From Paludibacteraceae bacterium (GTDB lineage: Bacteria > Bacteroidota > Bacteroidia > Bacteroidales > Paludibacteraceae), in assembly GCA_905233925.1 (NCBI GenBank), contig CAJOFV010000003.1, forward strand, positions 500 through 64,499: 64,000 nucleotides of DNA. Reading direction: 5' to 3'. The position numbers and the translations under genes were made by a program. Under the pieces are notes generated by a model that searched no databases, had not been told where the DNA came from, and saw nothing but the letters and a program-made list of their open reading frames with translations. The number at the start of each line of letters is the position of its first letter. Position 1 is the stretch's first letter. Below, one piece after another: positions 61,655 to 64,000 of this stretch.

Positions 61655-62913
61655 TTCTGTGCTACGAGTTTGTAGAGTTTGTCACCGCGACGGACGATTT
61701 TGTCGGTCTTGAGCGCGAAGAGTTTGCCTTGTGGAACTGCTTCGGCGGGGTTCCCCTGTTCGTCGTGCAGGTCATGGGCGATGAGTTCATAGGCACCGGT
61801 CGTTTCGCCGGTGACAAGCAATTCGTCGCCTTCGCGGAGGGATTCAATGGCTTCCAACATAAACTCCGCGACACCGATGTTCTTGAAGTAATTGGTGCAC
61901 TTGCCGGCGTAAAGTTTCTTGTGCGTGGCGCGGCTGCCGTATTCATGCGTCCATTCGCCGAGGCGCTGCCCCTGATAGTAACCGTCCCAGAAACCGCGGT
62001 TGAAGACCCGCGCAAGACGGGTGTTCCAGTCGTTGATGCGTGCATTGATGCTGTCAGCGGCATATTCGCAGTGCTGCCAGGCTTCCACCGCTTCCCGATA
62101 ACAGGAAACGACGGTCTTAACGTATTCGGGGCCGCGGGCACGACCTTCAATCTTGAGAATCCGGACGCCGGCATCGAGCATTTTGTTCAGGAAGTGGATG
62201 GTTTTCAAGTCTTTGGGCGACATAATGTACTGGTTGTCCACTTCCAGTTCGAGGTCGGATTCTTTGTCCTTGACGATGTAACCGCGTCGGCAGACCTGCA
62301 TGCATGCACCGCGATTAGCACTGGCGCCGAGGTTGTTGAGGCTGAGGTAGCACTTGCCGCTTACCGCCATGCAGAGAGCACCGTGGCAGAACATCTCAAT
62401 TTGTATTAGTTCGCCCTTGGGGCCGCGGATGTCTTGCTCAACAATGTCCTTGTGGATAGAAGCCACCTGCTCCAGGTTCAGTTCGCGCGCCAGCACCACG
62501 ACATCGGCAAACTGTGCGTAGAAGCGCAGAGCCTCCGTATTGGCAATGTTGAGCTGGGTGGAGAGATGTACCTCTACGCCGACCTGATTGGCATACTGCA
62601 TAACCGCGATATCGGAGGCGATGATGGCATTCAGTCCCGCCTCTTTGGCGTTATCCACGATGGTGCGCATCAGCGGCAGATCCTCGGGATACATGACTGT
62701 ATTGAGCGTGAGATATGTTTGGACACCTGCTTCGCGGCAAATGGCAACAATCTTGTGCAGGTCGGCGGTGGTAAAGTTCGCCGAGGAGCGGGCACGCATA
62801 TTGAGGTGCTCAATACCGAAATAGACGCTTGTCGCGCCGGCATCAATAGCAGCTGCAAGGCTTTCCCAACAGCCTACAGGAGCCATGATATTTACGGTTT
62901 TGTCATTTGCCAT
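61651..62913 (-). CDS. peptidase U32 family protein
   Basis: 420 aa containing IMAPVGCWESLAAAIDAGATSVYFG and ILKIEGR, typical U32 motifs. Confidence 0.88.
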   Translation of the reverse strand: MANDKTVNIMAPVGCWESLAAAIDAGATSVYFGIEHLNMRARSSANFTTADLHKIVAICREAGVQTYLTLNTVMYPEDLPLMRTIVDNAKEAGLNAIIASDIAVMQYANQVGVEVHLSTQLNIANTEALRFYAQFADVVVLARELNLEQVASIHKDIVEQDIRGPKGELIQIEMFCHGALCMAVSGKCYLSLNNLGASANRGACMQVCRRGYIVKDKESDLELEVDNQYIMSPKDLKTIHFLNKMLDAGVRILKIEGRARGPEYVKTVVSCYREAVEAWQHCEYAADSINARINDWNTRLARVFNRGFWDGYYQGQRLGEWTHEYGSRATHKKLYAGKCTNYFKNIGVAEFMLEAIESLREGDELLVTGETTGAYELIAHDLHDEQGNPAEAVPQGKLFALKTDKIVRRGDKLYKLVAQK

Positions 62914-62922
62914 AGGGGGCGT

Positions 62923-63930
62923 TTATTTTGCCATTTTGTCAATCAGACACTCCGCAATTTGCACTGCATTGAGGGCGGCACCTTTGCGGATCTGGTCACC
63001 GACGCACCAGAATGTCAGACCGTTCTCGCGGCTGATGTCGTTGCGTACACGACCGATATATACTTTGTCGGTGCCGCTGAGGAAGAGCGGCATCGGGTAT
63101 TTCTTGTTTGCGGGTTCGTCCATCAGTTCGCAGCCTTCCGCGTGACGGAACGCCTCCTGTGCCTGTGCTGCAGAAACGGGTTGCTCCGTCTCCAGCCAGA
63201 TGCTTTCGCTATGCGCACGCAACGATGGTACGCGGACGCAAGTAGCACTGACGGCGATGTCCGAGTGCATGATTTTGCGGGTCTCATTGTACATTTTCAT
63301 CTCTTCTTTGGTGTAATCGTTGTCGGTAAAGACATCGATTTGCGGGATGAGGTTGTACGCCAACTGATATGCAAACTTTTTGACTGTCACTTCTTCGCCG
63401 GAAAGCACTTGGCGATACTGCGTTTCCAGTTCCGCCATAGCCTGTGCGCCTGCTCCGGAAGCCGCCTGATAGGTAGCCACATGGACGCGGCGGATATGAC
63501 TAAGGCGCTCAATCGCCAGCAAGGCAACTACCATCTGAATAGTAGTGCAGTTCGGGTTGGCGATGATGTTCCGCGGACGGTTGAACGCATCAGCGGCATT
63601 AACCTCCGGCACAACCAAAGGCACATCTTCATCCATGCGGAAGGCGCTGGAGTTGTCAATCATGATAGCCCCGAAACGGGTAATATCCTCCGCGAACTCG
63701 CGTGACACGGAAGCGCCGGCGGAAGTAAAGGCAATATCCACGCCTTTGAAGTCGTCGCCATGCACTAACTCTTTGACAATGTGCGGTTTACCGGCAAAAG
63801 AGTATTCGGTTCCGGCACTACGCACGGAACCGAATAAACGAAGTTCGGTAATAGGAAACTTGCGCTCTTCAAGCACTTTCAGCAGTTCTTGTCCGACGGC
63901 GCCGGAAGCGCCAACGATCGCTACTACCAT
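62923..63930 (-). CDS. asd: aspartate-semialdehyde dehydrogenase
   Basis: 335 aa starting [13 protein letters not shown], with the active-site segment [10 protein letters not shown] and the AASGAG motif. Confidence 0.95.
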   Translation of the reverse strand: MVVAIVGASGAVGQELLKVLEERKFPITELRLFGSVRSAGTEYSFAGKPHIVKELVHGDDFKGVDIAFTSAGASVSREFAEDITRFGAIMIDNSSAFRMDEDVPLVVPEVNAADAFNRPRNIIANPNCTTIQMVVALLAIERLSHIRRVHVATYQAASGAGAQAMAELETQYRQVLSGEEVTVKKFAYQLAYNLIPQIDVFTDNDYTKEEMKMYNETRKIMHSDIAVSATCVRVPSLRAHSESIWLETEQPVSAAQAQEAFRHAEGCELMDEPANKKYPMPLFLSGTDKVYIGRVRNDISRENGLTFWCVGDQIRKGAALNAVQIAECLIDKMAK

Positions 63931-64000
63931 ACGTACACGAAACAGTTTTTTAGTTCAACGAAATCGTGATTTCTTCATCTTTCTCACCGAAAGCGACTTT

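Noticed and set aside
63950-64000. An open minus-strand frame ending in TAA at 63952-63950 (...[16 protein letters not shown]) runs off the window edge.
   Set aside because: Only 16 codons are visible, which is too short to call a gene or a product.
1-64000. Search for tRNA, rRNA, CRISPR arrays, transposases, integrases and phage genes.
   Set aside because: No T-arm or anticodon-arm-like GGTTCGAATCC-type motifs occur outside coding regions. There are no spaced direct repeats of 25-40 nt. No recombinase-like ORFs were seen.

Overview
This 64-kb window looks like a chromosomal segment of a Bacteroidota genome, probably Prevotellaceae-like. That assignment is an inference from SusC/SusD pairs, lipoprotein and T9SS-type sorting signals, and TTTG-N19-21-TAnnTTTG promoters. 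I support 47 protein-coding genes, two of which are frameshifted. I saw no rRNA, tRNA, CRISPR array, transposase or integrase.

- **Left third (1-22 kb):** envelope and housekeeping genes. These are rfbD, corA, rsmA, a GtrA protein, a GT2, an M49 peptidase, a DUF5686-like protein, rfbC, a secreted GH13 amylase with a T9SS C-terminal domain (CTD), sufB, a frameshifted PBP4, birA, a CotH lipoprotein and rfbB.
- **Centre (22.3-41.1 kb):** one large starch-utilisation locus on the minus strand. It runs GH97, SusC, SusD, a SusE/F-like lipoprotein, a GH13 lipoprotein, a secreted protein made only of starch-binding modules, a frameshifted GH13 and a 1389-aa multi-module surface protein. A membrane-anchored TPR/HTH regulator is transcribed divergently from it.
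- **Right (41-64 kb):** gpmI, a sirtuin, yraN, mpl, tig and typA. Next comes a visibly AT-rich accessory stretch (49.4-54.9 kb) with a 1485-aa adhesin-like protein and two orphan genes. It is followed by an AAA ATPase, an orphan gene, a Ser/Thr kinase and then trmD-yidD-rnpA-hemD-DUF4271-U32-asd.

The most unusual signals are not genes. They are families of degenerate 8-11-nt tandem stutters at gene boundaries.
- The AATGAGAA family forms ladders of overlapping ATGA mini-ORFs that link the stop of one gene to the start of the next. There are four such ladders, plus one non-repeat 2-codon bridge with the same logic.
- The TTCAAATC family sits in frame inside two coding sequences.
- Four secreted proteins share a roughly 25-aa C-terminal tail that differs from the canonical T9SS CTD found on the other amylase.

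All functional calls rest on motif recognition by eye. No database search was run.
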